Source: the human T2T-CHM13v2.0 reference genome, Homo sapiens. Taken from it: a stretch of 64,000 nt of DNA. The position numbers and the translations under genes are program-made. Each line of letters begins with the position of its first letter. Position 1 is the stretch's first letter. Under the pieces are notes generated by a model that saw only the letters and a list, made by a program, of their open reading frames with translations, made no database searches and had not been told where the DNA came from. Shown here piece after piece: positions 27,278 to 50,878 of this stretch. The stretch lies in assembly GCF_009914755.1 (NCBI RefSeq), contig NC_060940.1. One strand, written 5' to 3'.

Positions 27278-28774
27278 TCCAAGGGTTGTCTTTGTGGGAT
27301 TGTTTGCCCTCCATCTGTTTGTCTGTGTATTCCCAGTTTTCTGCAATGGACAGTTTTTACGTTTCAAACGGGAAACTCTTTTCTCCTTCCGTGTCTCCAT
27401 GCAAGCCCAGAGACGCCAGCATCATGTCTGTCTCCCATCCTCCACTTCTCTGACGACCAAAGGTCCTGGGTTCTCTGAGGCCTGCGCCTGGGCCTTGTTA
27501 CAACCCAGCAGGCTTATCTTGATTCCAGTAATTGAGAGGCACATTTGCCAAGTTTATATACCCTCTTGAAACTCAAGTACTGGTTTGTGGATTAATGCGA
27601 GATTCAGTTGCATGCATTTGAAATGCAAGCGTCTAATTCCGCGTGTAAAATACGGGGCCACAGACCTCTTGGGCATTGCACACCATTCCATTCAGATGAG
27701 CGCAGCAAAAGCAAACTGTAACCCCTAGGATTAAATTCTCCTTTAAATACTCACGGGTTTTTAGCTTCGGGGGAAAATATGTCTGGGAAAAATATCTTGG
27801 GGTTTCATCAAACACTTGGAAAATAATCTGAAAACATTTTTCCAAACCCTCCATGCCTCCAGCCTGAATCCTAATTGATAGTTAATAACTACATCGACAG
27901 AAGCCTTCTCACTCTATCACGATTACTGGAAGGCTAAAGAGACATCTGTCTGGAGTACTGGGAGTGAAGCAAGGATCTCAGGATCACCAAGGATCTTGTC
28001 TGGCCAAGGTCTTTACCACACAAACAAGCTTTTTTTCACCCCCGGAAATACTTGCCCCGAGTCCACTGTCAACCATTACCAGAATCAGATCTCGGACCAA
28101 TCGCAAGTGTATTTATGTATTCATTCATCAAACACTTATTGAGCCCCAACTCTGTGCCAGGCATTGCCTGTACTTGCAGGGAGATCAAAAATGAAAGGAG
28201 GTGAGCATTTTGACAGCTCTTGTCTTAGAGAGTTTGCAGCCAGTGGGAGAAAGCAAGACATCGGTAACTGGGAAAAGGCAGGGGTGCTCCGAGTCACAGA
28301 ACAGAGCCCGTGGCTGGCAGAGCCCAGAGGAGGGTCTGGCTGGGCAGTAGATGTTGAATTCTATTTTTTTCAAAATCATTTTTTTCTATTCCAGATCCTT
28401 TGCTTTTCCACATCAATTTTTACTATCTACAAAAAGTCATGCTGGAATTTTGACTTGAATTGTGTTAAACCTCCACATCAATTTGGGGATAATTTACAGC
28501 ATAGTTACATTTGAGCCCTCCAATCCATAAACACAGTATATCTCTGTTTTTAGGCCTTTGATTTCTTTTGTGAGCATTTTGATAAAGCATACAGATCATC
28601 CTCAAGTTTCGTCAGATTTATACCTGAGTATTTCATTTTTGGAGAGCTGTTGTAAATGGGTTTAACATTTTTATCATTTATGTATTTTTCATTGCTAGTA
28701 TATAGAAATATGATTTTTTTTTGTCTGTTGGCCTTATGTCCTGAGATCTTGTTAAACTCATTATTTCAATAAGC

Positions 28775-29227
28775 TTTTTTGTTTGTTCATTTGGACAGCG
28801 TCTTGCTTGAGCCTCGGAGTTTGAGGCCACAGTGAGTGGTGCCATTGCACTCCAGCCTGGGCAAGAGAGTGAGACTCTGTCTCTAAAAAAACAAGTAAAA
28901 CATAAAATACATTTATAAAAATAAAAAAAATCGATCAATGTAATCCATCATATTAACAATCTGTCACCCAGGCTGGAGTGCAATGGTGCAATCACAGCTG
29001 GCTGCAGCCTCGACTTTCCGGGTTCAAGCAGTCCTCCCACCTCAGCCTCCTGAGTAGGTGAGACCACAGGCATGCACCACCATGCTCAGCTAATTTTTTT
29101 TTTTGCAGAGATGGGGGTCTCACCATGTTGCCCAGGCTGGTCTCGAACTCCTGAGCTCAAGTAATCCACCACCTTGGCATCCCGAAGTGCTGGGATTACA
29201 GGTGTGAGCCCCCACACTCGGTCCAGC
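28775..29227 (-). mobile_element. AluJ, antisense, interrupted by an inverted insert at 28806-28958
   Basis: ...GACAGCGTCTTGCT [insert] CTGTCACCCAGGCTGG... continues one Alu. Confidence 0.85.
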
Positions 29228-29507
29228 CTAAGCTTTTTAAATAGTTTCCTTAAGATTTTCTACATAGAGAATTATGTTATATGCAAATATGGACAGTTTT
29301 ATTCTTTCCTTTCAGGTCCATGTGCCTTGGATTTCTTTTTTCTTGTTGTAGTTCATTGGCTGGGCCTCCAGATAAGATGTTGACTGGGAATGGCAAGAGT
29401 TTATAAATTGTCTTTTCATGACCTCAAGGGAAGCATTCTCTTTGCCCATGAAGTCAGTCCGTTGCTAGCTGTGGAGTTTTTATGGATACCCTTTATAAGA
29501 TTATGGA

Positions 29508-29800
<293 letters not shown>

Positions 29801-29989
29801 GATTAAGGAAGTGGCCTTCTGCTCTTGTTCTACCCTGGTTTTCTGAGAGTTTTTTTTTTTTTTTTTTATCATGAATGGATGTTGAACTTTGTCAGACTTT
29901 TTTCTGCGTCAGTTGGTATGATCATGTGGTTTTTCTTATTTAGTCTGTTAATATGATGGATTAATTGATAGTTTTTTTATTGTTATAAA

Positions 29990-30276
29990 TTTATTTTTAA
30001 ATTTTTCTTTAGAGACAGAGTCTCACTCTGTCGCTCAGACTGGAGTGCAGTGGCACCACTCACTGCAGCCTCGAGCACCTGGGCTCAAGGAATCCTCCAG
30101 CCTCAGCCCCCCAAGTACCTGGGACTACAGGTACATGCCAAGCTCACTTTTAAAATTTTTTTGTAGAGATGGGGTCTTGCTGTGTTGCCCAGGCTGGTCT
30201 CAAACTCCTGGCCACAAGTGATCCTCCCACATCAGCTTCCCAAAATGCTGGGATTACAGGTGTGAGCTACTGCACG
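29990..30276 (-). mobile_element. AluJ, antisense
   Basis: Reverse AluJ with a distinctive GGCACCACTCACTG deletion. Confidence 0.85.
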
Positions 30277-31969
30277 CAAGTTTGATTGATTTTTAAAAAA
30301 TGTTCCACCAGCCTTGCCTTCCCCAAATAAACCCCACTTGGTCATGGGGTTGTATGACCTATGACCAAAATATTAGCAAATATATATATTATTGAATACA
30401 ACTTGCTAGTAGATTGGTGAAGATTTTCATGTCTATGTTCCTGATGGACATTGGTCTGCATGCATTTCTTTTCTTGGACTGTCTTTGTGTGGTTTTGGTA
30501 TCAGGGTAATGCTGTCCTCATAAGATGAATGGGGAAGTATCCTCTTCTCTTTTATTATCTGGGAGACATTGTGTAGATTTGGTTGTTTCTTCTTTAGATG
30601 TTTGGTGGAATTTGCCAGGGAAAGCATCTGGGCCTGAAGATGCTCTTTGGGAAGGTTTCCAGCTGCGTTGAGGTTTAGGCTGGGAGGGAAGAGCCTGGGA
30701 GCTCCGAAGGCTGGGAGGTACCCGAGTTCTGCTGCCTTCCCCAATCTGTCTGCTGCGTGTACTCTCCAGAGGCCCTCGATGGCAGCTCCCGCACTCTCTT
30801 CAGGGTTTTGGTTGCATTCAGTGGCAGATGCAGGGTGAGCAGGACAGGACAGGCTTATCTATTCTGTGGAGCCAAACCTCCATAGTTTTTATTTTCATAA
30901 CACCAACCTGTGTGGGAGCCAGTGGCTGAGAGCATTGCAGGGCTCAGCACATCCTGACATCACAGGGACCCGGGAAGGCAGCCGACCTCCATGCAGGAAC
31001 TTCCTCCTCTACAGCGTCACACAGGAGTCCCCTCCAAGGCCTCAGCTCTCCGAGGCACATGCGTGCTCCTCACCTTCCATTTCCATTTCGCGTGTTTTGC
31101 TGGCGTCAGTGCTGCTCTCCGTTGGAAATGCGGGAGCCGCCCCTAGCCATGTTACACGTGGAGAAGCTGCGGTGCCGGGAGGAAGAGGGCGGCGTTAAGT
31201 GGGCAGAGCTGAGAGTCACTCCTGGACTCCTGCGCTTGGGGCACCACGCACTGATCTGAGTGGAACACCAGCCAGCCCGAACAATGCTGGGAGGGCACTG
31301 GGGCTCTCGGTCAGCAGGGCCCCACTCATCCAGGGAGTCAAAGTGCTTGGGTGAAGCGCGCACAGCCAAGAATCTATATTCTAAATATTAATATTTAATA
31401 TTAATAATAACAATAACAAGAGCTCCTATGGATTAAACGCTTGCACACTGACCATTAAGCACTTAGCATTTATGAAGCACTTCCTACGACCTCTCCTTCA
31501 TCTCGCTGCGGCCCTGCGAGGCCGATAGTGTTTATTATTCTCATTTACAGAGGAGGGAGGTGAGTCCTGGAGGAGGGAACAGACTCCCGGGGACACACGG
31601 CAAGGATTCCAGCCTGGGCCCATTTTGGTAGCGCTCCCTCACGGTGACAGATCCAGCCAGTGCGCCAGCAGACGCCCTTCACGGAAACCTCACGTAAAGG
31701 CTGAGTTAGTGCTGTCTCAGACGACTGCAGCGGCGTGGTGGGAAACGTCAGTAAAGAACGGTTTCCTTGAAAAGTCTGCACATTTATAGTGTGTTGTTTT
31801 GATTAGGAATTCTGGGAAGGCAGAGACGTCCTTCTGCGTGGACAGCTGCCATCCCTCCCGCTCTGCAACGCTGGCTCCTCCTGAAGATGGAGCAGGATTG
31901 CGTCACTCATGGGAACTTTCTAACCTTCTCTTCAGCTGACCTCCTCTGTGCTTTGGGAAGCCAGACTGA

Positions 31970-33357
<1,388 letters not shown>

Positions 33358-33359
33358 TA

Positions 33360-35350
<1,991 letters not shown>

Positions 35351-35352
35351 CT

Positions 35353-36080
<728 letters not shown>

Positions 36081-37947
36081 AGATATGTAAAAAGTTGAAG
36101 TTTCATTAGGGATATACATAAAATAGATGATTTTTCTAAAATAATGAGGCCAATCATGAGATGACTCATTAAGGAAAAGATCAATTGAAAAATGCATGTT
36201 TGGAAAAAAATTGCATGTTTGGACTTACCTTCAGTTATCATTAGGAAACAGAATAAAACCTAGACCAGAAGTTAAGTATTTTTTTTTTCCTAAGCTCACA
36301 ATTATAGTTTCTATGATTTGAATCATCAGAAGAGCAAACTTGATAATCCTGGAAATTTAGGAGACATGAGGTCATGGAAGGTCGTGGAAGGTCCTGAAGG
36401 TGAGTATTCTGTCAGGAACGGTGTGTTCACCTTCCTTATCCTCCTGCTAAGCCCTCTCTCTAAAGTTGTGTATTCTGCTCGAAAACTTCCCTTGCCAGAG
36501 GATACTTTTCATGAATAAATGCTCTCCAGTTCTTGTCATTGCTAAGTACAGTTCTTGGGTTACTTTGCATGTCTCTCCAATATCAATTTGATGGAGTGTC
36601 TTCGAGGAACTGGCAACGTGCCAAACACTATATGCAGGGATTTGCCTACATTCAATCATTTAATCCTCCCAACAACACTGTGAGACTGACAAGATTCTTA
36701 GCTCCCCTCCATGGCTGATGAAGTGGCATCTCAGTGAACTGAAGGAAGTTGCTGGAATTCCAACCTGTGCTGTCCAATTACCAGGCCTATGATCTTGGCC
36801 CCTAAGCTATCTTTGGGAGGGCCTGCCAGTGCTTGGATTTCCTGTTTCTGTCTCTTTCCCTGCTGGCTGAAGTTAACAATCAGTATTTCACAGGGCCCTC
36901 TGAAATTTCCTTCCCCTTCAAATATCAGCCTTATGCTGGTACTGGGGATACCCAGGGAGTGAGACGTGGTCTCCAGCTTATAGATGCTCGAAGTAAAAGA
37001 GGAGATGGAACAATTGTCACAGTTAGCTATTGCCACGGTGATGCTGAGTAACAAACCACCCGTAACTCTGTGGCTTTATTCTTGCTCTCTGTCTGCAAAT
37101 CATCTGGGAAAACGGGGTGGGGTGGGGTCACCTGATCTATGCTGGGCTCAAGCTACAGGATGGATCCAATTCTACTGGACACTTTGTTCTGTGACCCGTG
37201 GATTGCCTGGGGCATTTTCTCCTTGTGGCCATGGCGGAAGCCCATCAATCAAAGCAAGTCACATGGCTAAGCTCAAAGTCAAGAGGTGGAAAGTACTCTT
37301 TGCCCACCACGAGGCCATGGTAGACCCCAAGGCCATTGGGCTGTAGAACAGACAGCAGAGTGGAGAACCAGAACCGATAATTCAATTCACCTCATTTATT
37401 TTAACAGGTGAGCAAAGCAATTTGCATGACAGCAAGATGTTGCTAAGGAAGACAAAAGATAGAAGCAACTGCCTACCTTGCCAACCACATGCCTTCACAG
37501 AGGAGGTGATGTCGGTGCTGGGTCTTGAAAGGTGGGGTTTCCCAGGTGGAGAGAGAGCATGTGCAAAGGTCCAGTGGCACAAAAGGCCCCTGTGGGCTCA
37601 GAGAGAAGGAAAAAGCTTAGTGCTACTGATGTGTAGAGGGGTGCATGTGCTTGCAGGTGGGTGGGGAGGGTATGGGGCAGGGAGCTGGGTGCAGTAGAGA
37701 GAGATGAACCCAGAAAGTTGCCAGTAATGAAGATAACTAAGGTCATTAATGGGCAGGGAAGTGTCTGGTCAGGCTTGGGTTTTCAGATAATGATTCTGGC
37801 TGCAAAGTGGAGACCAGAGAAGAGGAACAATTAAAATAATTAACATGTGTAGGTTTTTCTTTAAAAAAAAAAAAAAAGAAAGAAACAGCCAGGCATTTTA
37901 CATGCCTAATTTGAACCTCACAGCAACCGAGTGAAATAGGCATTATT

Positions 37948-38735
<788 letters not shown>

Positions 38736-38967
38736 TGAGGAAAGCTGAGCCCTGGAGAGCCTGAGGAACATGCCCAGCGTCTCAAGTGAGGAAATGGTGG
38801 GCTAGGATCCAAACCCAGGAGGTGGGCAGCTGGCCACTGGGCCACAGCGCCTCCCCATAGGGTGAGTCCAGAGCCCCCAACCAAAATGGCGGATGGGCTG
38901 CAGGAGAAAGGAGGGACTGATGTGGCTTCTACCTGCGTCAAGTGGACCAGGTGTGGGACGAGTTTCA

Positions 38968-39354
<387 letters not shown>

Positions 39355-39876
39355 TTACAGAATATTCTTGAACAGGCAAGCAAGTCTACAGCAAAGCAAC
39401 AGAAAGCAGATCCATGGTTGCTGGGGGAGGTGGGACGCAGATGGGCGTGATGGGAACATTCTGTATCATGGTGGTAGTTGGGCGGGTATAGACATCTGTT
39501 CCTCATCCAGCTGTCCACTTAAATGGGTACACGTGCTTGTGTATAAACCCCACCCCCTGTAAGGTTGATGTTAAAAGTGCTTCTGAGGCCTCCTATTGGT
39601 GACATTGCCCAGGTCGGTGGACGTCAGGGGATCCTATTTCTTAGAACACAGGGATGTCTTTCCGTCATTTGAATTTCTGGCTAGCCGACCTTTTTCCTCC
39701 TCAGCTGGAGCCCCTACCTGCCTCGGGGGACTAGGAAAGCTTAGCAGAACCTCAGCAGGAAAGCAACTTGTTTAGCTTTTAGAGTTCTCAGTGAGACCAG
39801 AGCCCTGGGAAGGAATGAAGAGGGGAACGGGGTTGCCCACATCCTTTGCACCCCTTTTGCATCAAGAGTCAGGCCC

Positions 39877-40165
39877 GTGGTCCTTGGCAAACTCACGCAG
39901 GAACCGAAAACCAAATACCGCACGTTCTCACTGATAAGTGGGAGTTAAACGATGAGAAGACATGGACGCATAGAAGGGAACACCACCCACTGGGGCCTGT
40001 CGGAGGGTGGAGGGTGGGAGCGGGGAGGGGATCAGGAAGAAGAACTCATGGATACTGGGCTTAATACCTGAGTGACGAAATAGTCTGTACAACAAACCCT
40101 CGTGACACACGTTTACCTAAGTAACAAACCTGCACATCCTGCACATGTACCCTGGAAATTAAAAG
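39877..40165 (+). mobile_element. L1PA15/16-like 3' end
   Basis: 'aaaaccaaataccgcacgttctcact.ataagtgggag', 'gtaacaaacctgcacatcctgcacatgtaccc'. Confidence 0.88.
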
Positions 40166-40209
40166 TTTTTTTTTAAAAAACGATTGTTTTACAAAGTCAG
40201 TGAAAAAAG

Positions 40210-40581
<372 letters not shown>

Positions 40582-40896
40582 TCAAACTTATTATCAGCCA
40601 GAGGGGATGGAAAACCCAGTGCCTCATGGAAGGAACACCCCAAACATAAGAAGGTGGAAAATCCTCCCTCCCAGCTCCAGCAAGGTGAGCGGACAGGTGA
40701 AAAAGAGCTTCTGCCCCTGGTCGGGACCCTGGAGTCAAGGGAGGAGGCAGATTAAGGAGGAGGCTGAGAGCGAACGTGTTACGAGGCAGCTCCCTCCAGT
40801 GCAAGGTGGAGGACAGCCCTCGTGCACAGTGGAGCAGCCCCAGCCTGGGTGACTCCCCAAGCCCTGTAGGCCGATGTGGCCCGGTATGTCCAAGCT

Positions 40897-41932
<1,036 letters not shown>

Positions 41933-42119
41933 GGCTCCTGTCATGTAAAAAGATCGGTGGGTGGGCTCCGTCTTTGCCTCTCTGCAAAACCGTGAAGTCC
42001 CTAAACTTCCTTCCCACTCATCTAGGGGGAGAGGAGAGGAAGGAGGGAAAGAGCGAGGGCCCTGAGTGGCTCTGAGTGCACATGGGTGGGCTAGTTGCTG
42101 CAGAGACCACTGCAAATTA

Positions 42120-42608
<489 letters not shown>

Positions 42609-43214
42609 CTACCCCACCCCTCAACTGCCCTGTTAGGGAAAATAAGGAAGTTGCATTTTCAGACACGCAAGTGGGACCCGCCGAGATTAAAAATGCAAGA
42701 AGCAGCGGTTCACAGGATGCCGAGGATGACTGGACTTCCTGTCCACCCCCTGGGCCTGGCCAGAGCTTCTGCAGGCACTTCAGGCTCCCCTGATGGTGGC
42801 GGTGATGCCGTGGGTGCTCGGGGACAGTGGGAATGCAGTGACACCACTCGGGCTAGAGAACCCCCGGGAGGCTCTTGCATTGGTCGTCCTGGGCCATGCA
42901 CAGCCTGGAACTGGCCGCTATCCAATTTTGCATCTGGGAAGTGTTCATCGATTGCTAGAAAAATAATCAGGTCGAACGCAGGCCATTTCCGGTAAAGAGG
43001 CTCTAGGGAAGCACCTTCAGGCCAGATGACTCAGGACTGTGCGGAGTGTGTGTGGTCTGGGAGCCGGCTGCCTGCCGGGCCCGGGTGCTCTGCAGGGAAA
43101 CAGTTGGCTGCCTGAGGGCTCATTCATGGCTGTTTCCCCTGGAAGGGCGGCGCAGGAGCCCGGTTCTGCAGCCCTGCCGACGCCGTGTCACAGACACAGC
43201 TCTTCATGGATGCA

Positions 43215-44146
43215 TCTGGTTTCCCATGGCTGCGGTAACAAGTGACCACAAGGTTGGCGGCTGGAAACAGCTTAAGTATCCCATCTTACGGTTCTGGAGG
43301 TCAGAAGTCTGAGATCGGCATCACTGGGCTAAAGTCAAGGTGTGGGCGGGGCTGGTTGCTCCTGGAACCTCCAGGGGAGAATCGTCTCCTTGACTTTTCC
43401 AGCTTCTAGAGGCTGCCTGTACTCCTGGGCTCATGGCCCCTTCGTCCATCCTCAGAGTGCATCACTCCAACCTCGGCTTCCATCATCACAGCACCTTCTC
43501 TTCTGACGCTGACCCTCTGGCCTCCCTCTTACAAGGGAGGCTTGTGATTCCGTGGGGGCCACAGGAGAATTCAGGCCGCTCTTCCCATGTCACCACCCTT
43601 AGCAGAATCACGTCTGCAGAGGCCCCGTTACAATGAATGCTGGGTCCAATCGCGTTTCCCAAAAATCCATGTCCACCTGGGACCTCAGAATGGGACCTTA
43701 TATGGAACTAGGGTCTCTGCAGATGTAATCACATTAAGATGATGTCACACTCAACTAGGATGGGCCCTAATCTAGTGCCTGATGTCTTCATAAGAAGAGG
43801 AAAGTTTGGACACAGATGCACCGGGAAGGTGGCCATGTGAAGAGGAAGTCGGAGATTGGAATGGCCACAGACGGGACATCAGGCATTGCCGGCCACCAGA
43901 AGCTGAGACATGTGCAGATGGATCCTCCCTAGGCCCTTCGGGAAGAGCATGGCCCCTTCGACACCTTGATCTTGGACTCCTGGCCTCCAGGACTGTGGGA
44001 AAATGCGTTTGCGTTGTTTGAAGCCCCCTGTTTCTGGTACTTAGTTACAGCCGCCCTAGGAGCAAATGCATCGTGTAAGGGCACATTTGCAAGCTCCAGG
44101 AGTCAGGAACAGGCCTAGACGGGGTGCCATTATTCAGCCCTCCACA
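43215..44146 (-). mobile_element. MLT1C/D-like LTR (antisense) with a nested sense MLT1B-like LTR (~43638-44069)
   Basis: The antisense MaLR stops at ~43635 and its terminal part (tgtaagg.cacatt...gccattattcagccctccaca) resumes at ~44070. Confidence 0.75.
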
Positions 44147-44353
44147 GACCCTTAGCAGGGCGGAGAAATGGGCCAAGCCCCCTGTCAAGGAAGAGCTGGA
44201 GAGTGGAGAGGGCACCTGGAAGGGTGTCAGAGTGGCGTGGCTCTGCAGAACGGGGCCTGTCACAGGGCAGGTGCTCAAGCCCATGTGGATAAGGTGCGTA
44301 AGTTGAGACTGTCACATGTGAAGGTGGCCTCTGCTGCCAGGCGGGCCATGAGA

Positions 44354-44995
<642 letters not shown>

Positions 44996-45631
44996 TGAGA
45001 CCATTTTTTAAAAGTGTACATAGACCCCAACTGGGTGAGCTAATGGAACCACCTCAGTATTCCAGAGCAAGACACAGAAGGACGCTGAGGGAGGGACTGA
45101 CCCTGGGACACTGGGATCCCAAATCCCTGGTCGTCTTGGTGCCTGCCTTCAACACACCTGCCTCTCCTCATGTGGGCTAACCTGGCATCTGAGTCTGTTT
45201 CAGACACTAATTTCTTCCCTGTTCCTAGAGCACTGGATGGCCACACCCTCCTGCAGAGACAAACCTTTCTACTGCTCCATCCCCGCCCCAGGCTCCAACC
45301 CTGCGCTCCACCCAGAGGGGATGCTGGGAGGGATAGCTCTTCCTCCATGGGCCAGCCCTTAGCTCTGCGGGGGCGGGTGCTCTGTGTCCTCACTTCCCTA
45401 AGTGGACACATCTCTGGGGTTTTCATCTGTCCCAATTCCTGTACCACCCCAAGTACCAAGTGCCAGCTCATGGTGGAGGTCAGCGTAGGGCGGAGGCTGG
45501 GTGCCAGGCCCCGTTATTGTCTATCCTGGCAATAAAAATCCAATTGTTGTTAATGTCAGTGATAATTAATCTTTAGTTAAACCTTAATATTTACTATGTG
45601 CGCAAGCATTTACCTATTTTATTTTAATTCG

Positions 45632-46445
<814 letters not shown>

Positions 46446-47459
46446 AATGCTGTCATTTACCTGCTTATCAAGCTTTGACCAGAAACTCTACTTATTTGAA
46501 TTTTTTTTCTGGGGTGGGGGTGAGTGGGGCAACCCATGGCAGGGTGATAGCAGTCATAGCGTTTATAGAGACCACAGTGTTGACGACTTGGAGAGCAAAG
46601 ATGGAGGGGAGATTACTAATGACGAGAACTTCCGATAGTGAGCCCACCTGGCACACAGTGTTAGGAAGGGGTGTTATTATCATTCCCACTTTACAGATGC
46701 AACGCTGAGGTGCAGAGACACCAAGGCACGTCTCCAGGGTCTCAAGCCAGGAGGTGTTGGAGCTGGGGTTCACGCCCAACAGGGGACCTGGGGACCCAGC
46801 GTGGGTACTGCTGAGTCCTCGCCAGGGGCTTGGCGGGATAAGTTTCCATTCTGTTCCGGCCTGGTGTGGAGGGATCTGGGCTCACACAGGATCCAGGACA
46901 CACCCTGAAGCCGGGGACACCATCTGCAGGACCTGCAACATCCAGAGGCCTGCCTTCTTCCTGGCCTGACAGGTTTAGAATCTTCCAGAAACCGCACCCT
47001 GGAGGTGAAGCCCAGGGCGCCGTCTCCTCTGGAGAAGCCTCCTGACTGTCCTCCAGGGGAGAAAGTGGTCACAGCCGCAGCATTTGCCAAAGGAGCCGCC
47101 CAGGGGATGTTTTTCTGAGGAATTCCCGCTCCAGGTCATCACCCTAGTTCTCTGACTCCTAAGCTTGGATGATGAAGAAATGAAAGGGGCAGGAACTCAG
47201 GGGATGGTGGGAACCCAGGTATGCTTTGGGTATGAGCTTGGGCTGTCCAGGGGTGGTGGTTACAAAGCGGCCTGGGCAAAAAGTCTCTTACGACATCGCG
47301 CAGTAGAGCCCCTAGCTTCTCGTAGAGATGCAATCATCCTTCCGTTCTGTGGTTTTCCCCCAAGGTTGAAGAGGTGCCAGATGGAGGATTCAAAGGAAAG
47401 AAAGCCAAGATGCAATAACAAAAAAGAAACTCCCTTGTTCTAACATTAGGTCTATTTTC

Positions 47460-47763
47460 ACTTTTCTTTTCCACTCTGTTGCCCAGGCTAGAGTGCAGTG
47501 GATCATGGCTCAGTGCAGCCTCAACCTCCCAGCCTCAAGCAATCCTCCCACCTCAGCCTTCCAAGTAGCTGGGAAGACCGAAGGGAATGCTGTCATTTAC
47601 CTGGAAACAGGTGCATGTCACCACGTCCAGCTAATTTCTTTTGTGTAGAGATGGGGTCTCGCTGTATTGCCCAGGCTGTTCTTGAACTCCTGGCCTCAAG
47701 TGATCTTCCTGCCTCAGCCTCCCAAAGTGCTGGGATTCCAGGTGTGAGCCACCATGCCTGGCC
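47460..47763 (-). mobile_element. AluJ, antisense, with a ~30-bp non-Alu insert
   Basis: Reverse AluJ; insert at ~47575-47606. Confidence 0.85.
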
Positions 47764-47789
47764 TATTTTCACTTTTAAACTAAAGGCGT

Positions 47790-48278
47790 ATCAGGTTTAG
47801 CTACTGTGGGTAACAAACACCGTTCCCCTTCTCCCTCACCTAAATGGGGATATAAATGTATCTCTCCTTTATGTAGAAGAAGTCTGACCTAGGCAGTGGG
47901 ACTGGTATAGAGACCTACAGTGTCAGGGATTCAAGACCCACCATTTGTGCCTTCTGTTCCGAAGGCACCTCATGGGCCAATGTGGCTGCTTTGCTCCAGC
48001 CATCATACCCTCATTCCAGGTAGGAAGGAGGAAGGAGAACATGAAGGACACACCTCCTCCTCCCTTTAGAGAGATGTCCTAGAAGTCATACACAACTGTC
48101 CCACTCACTTCTCTTTGGCTAAAACTTATTTCTATGGACAGGAGAAGCTGCAAGGCAGGCAGGGGAGTATCATCTTTAGTTCAGTGACAGTGCACACATT
48201 TAGAAGTCAGGAATCTTCCTATTATTAAGGAAGAAAGCAGATAAGATATTGGGAGGCAACTTGAGCCGTCTGTGCCAC
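47790..48278 (-). mobile_element. Old MaLR LTR (MLT1J-like)
   Basis: 'ctccagccatcataccctcattccagg.aggaaggagg', 'gatattgggaggcaact'. Confidence 0.6.
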
Positions 48279-49604
48279 TGCTGGGGACTTTTGTGGTAGA
48301 AGGGACCTGGCCCTGAGATGGAGACTTGGGAAGCTGGCGTTAGAGTCCCAGGGCAGCCACCAACTGCCACCCTGGGTGTTGATGACTTGGCAGCCTCATC
48401 ACTTTTTTAGATCTTTCCTTGGCTTCGGAGGAAGGATTTACGAGCATTCCAGGATACTTTTTTTATACTATTGAAACCATAAAAGCTTTTCCATCCTAAG
48501 CCTTGTGGCTAAAGCCTCCATGAATATTCCAGTACTTTCTAACCAAAGAATTCAAGAGGACACCTCCCTTCTGACCACCTCATTGCCTGAGCAGGTGTTC
48601 ATCTCTAGCAGAAAGCTCACAGGTGGAACTCAGGACTTGAATAGCTTCAGGGGGTGCTGGGAGAGAAAGGCCTGCACCTGACCTACAAGTAATGAATGAC
48701 CACATGACAGAATTGTGAAAAGGTCGGGTTTTGGAGCCTGCTGGGTTCACTCCCTCGGTGACTCTTGCTGTGCCGTCCTTGGCACTTGTTTGATGCGTTG
48801 GAACCCCGGTTTTCTCCTTGACTAAATGGGGATCCTGCAGACCCCACCTCATCGTGTTGACATGAGGATGGGATGTAGGATTCCTGTAAAGCTTCCATAG
48901 GTGATGAACTTGCCGTTCCCATTTCCCTCCCGTGTGTTACTCAGGCAGTGAGTGGCACACGGAGGGTGTAGGCTGTCCTGGTGTCCCTGAGACAGCCTCA
49001 GCAGGCCTGTGTATCTGCTGCTCCCTGAGCTGCACACTAAATGAAGCCTCTCTGGGTGAAGCCATTCTCTGGGCAGCCCGGGGCTCGCCAGGTGCCCACA
49101 GAGGAAGCATGCTGTTCAGGGGGATGGGATGTCATGCTCTTTGATGCCAGGAGCTCTTCCTCCAAGCCACCCTCACCACAGATCCCCCAGGATCTGTCCA
49201 AAATGGAAGTCTCGCCTTTCTGGGGCTCCTCATTCTCTGTTCCCCGTGGGTTGGAGTCTAAATTCCTTTGCAGGTTTCACTCTAGTGAAGGTTCGAGTCT
49301 AAAATGATTTGCAGGCATCCACCTCTCCAGCCTCGCCTCCATCCTGGGATTCTCACACCCGCGCTTTCCTGCCTCCAACCTGCACACACCATCCTCTGCC
49401 CGGAGAGCCCTGAGCCTGTCTCCTGTGTGTCCTTCTAGATCCATCTATCTTGCCCTTCTCTCTGCCGAGCCCCCCTTTCTTGGGGGAGCTGCTCCTCCCT
49501 CACACAGATTATGTGACCCTGGCAGGGAGCATGTCATGCAGGCTAGCCAGTCACAAGGTCCCTATCCCCTGGCCACAGCCATGGGCTTGTTCCAATGGCC
49601 GGAT

Positions 49605-49990
49605 GTCTCAAGTTGGATTCCCTCCCAAACAGATTCTGAGACAGGTTGTGGGTGCAAGTAGTTTACTTGAGAGATGATCCCAGGAAATACCAGGGGAGAG
49701 TGGGGATGTGAGCTAGGAAAGGCAGCCCATCAAGGGTGGACTGTGGAGTCAGCCGCCAGTGGGGGCCCCTGGAGCTCAATCCAACAGGGGACTCTGGGAG
49801 CCACTGTGGAGCACACCTCAGGATCCCCCAGAGAGGTGAGAAAGCTGGGACGTGAGTGCCCCTGTGCCTGTGAAATCATTGGTTGAGGCTGCTGCTGAGT
49901 GGCATGACCCGCGTTGATTCTAGCCTGCCACAAGTTCCCGTGCACAGCGAAAGCGCTCATGCCGAGGAACACATGTACTGGCGGTAGGAG
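49605..49990. mobile_element. Old ERVL LTR (LTR16/LTR33-like)
   Basis: 'cagattctgagac...gggtgcaagtagttta.ttg.gagatgatcccaggaa' signature; a similar copy at ~51120-51590. Confidence 0.5.
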
Positions 49991-50712
49991 GTGAGGGTGC
50001 GAGGACCAGGATGGGGCATGATGTCATCTGCCAGAGAGGTCATGTGACCCAAGCCAGCCAATCAGTGCCTTTCCCTGGGATTTTTGTTTCTCGATTTGCA
50101 GCAAAGTTGGGTGGTGCCAGTCCTGCTGGTCGCAGGGCTGGAGAGGTTGAGTTGATAGCTGCCAGAGACCATCGTCTCTTCCTCCCAGAGTAACAGGAGG
50201 GAATATGGCCATGGCTAGGTAGAACCAGGAGGAGAGGGGAGCTGAGGAGAGGGCAGGAGACAATGGCTGTTGTGATTGAGGTCCTGGGCTGAACCTGAAG
50301 CCCATCCCTCCCCCTGGATACTTCTGTGACTGCATTTAGCCCGAAGGACAGTGTCTGCCGGTCACCCAGGGTCCCTCCATCAAAATCTCTGTGTCACATC
50401 TGCCTTACTCATCTCTTTTCCCTCGTAATGCCCGGTCCAAAGAAAGTCCTCCATGAAGGTCATCAAAAAGAAGAAAAAAATGAACTCGCATTTCACAGCC
50501 CTCATCATTAATTTATTTTTAAAAATCTATTTACATTTTCTGCCTGTATTACTTCTTGTGGGGTAACACGAGTTGGATAAATTTGTTGTCGGCTGTTGGA
50601 TGAATAATTTCCTTTAATTTGCCCTAAATTACCTAAACAGTAAGGGGGTGCCCATCATATTCTGGAATTTGGTGTTCACTTTTCCTACGTGACTCATAGT
50701 TTTTTATAGTTA

Positions 50713-50878
<166 letters not shown>
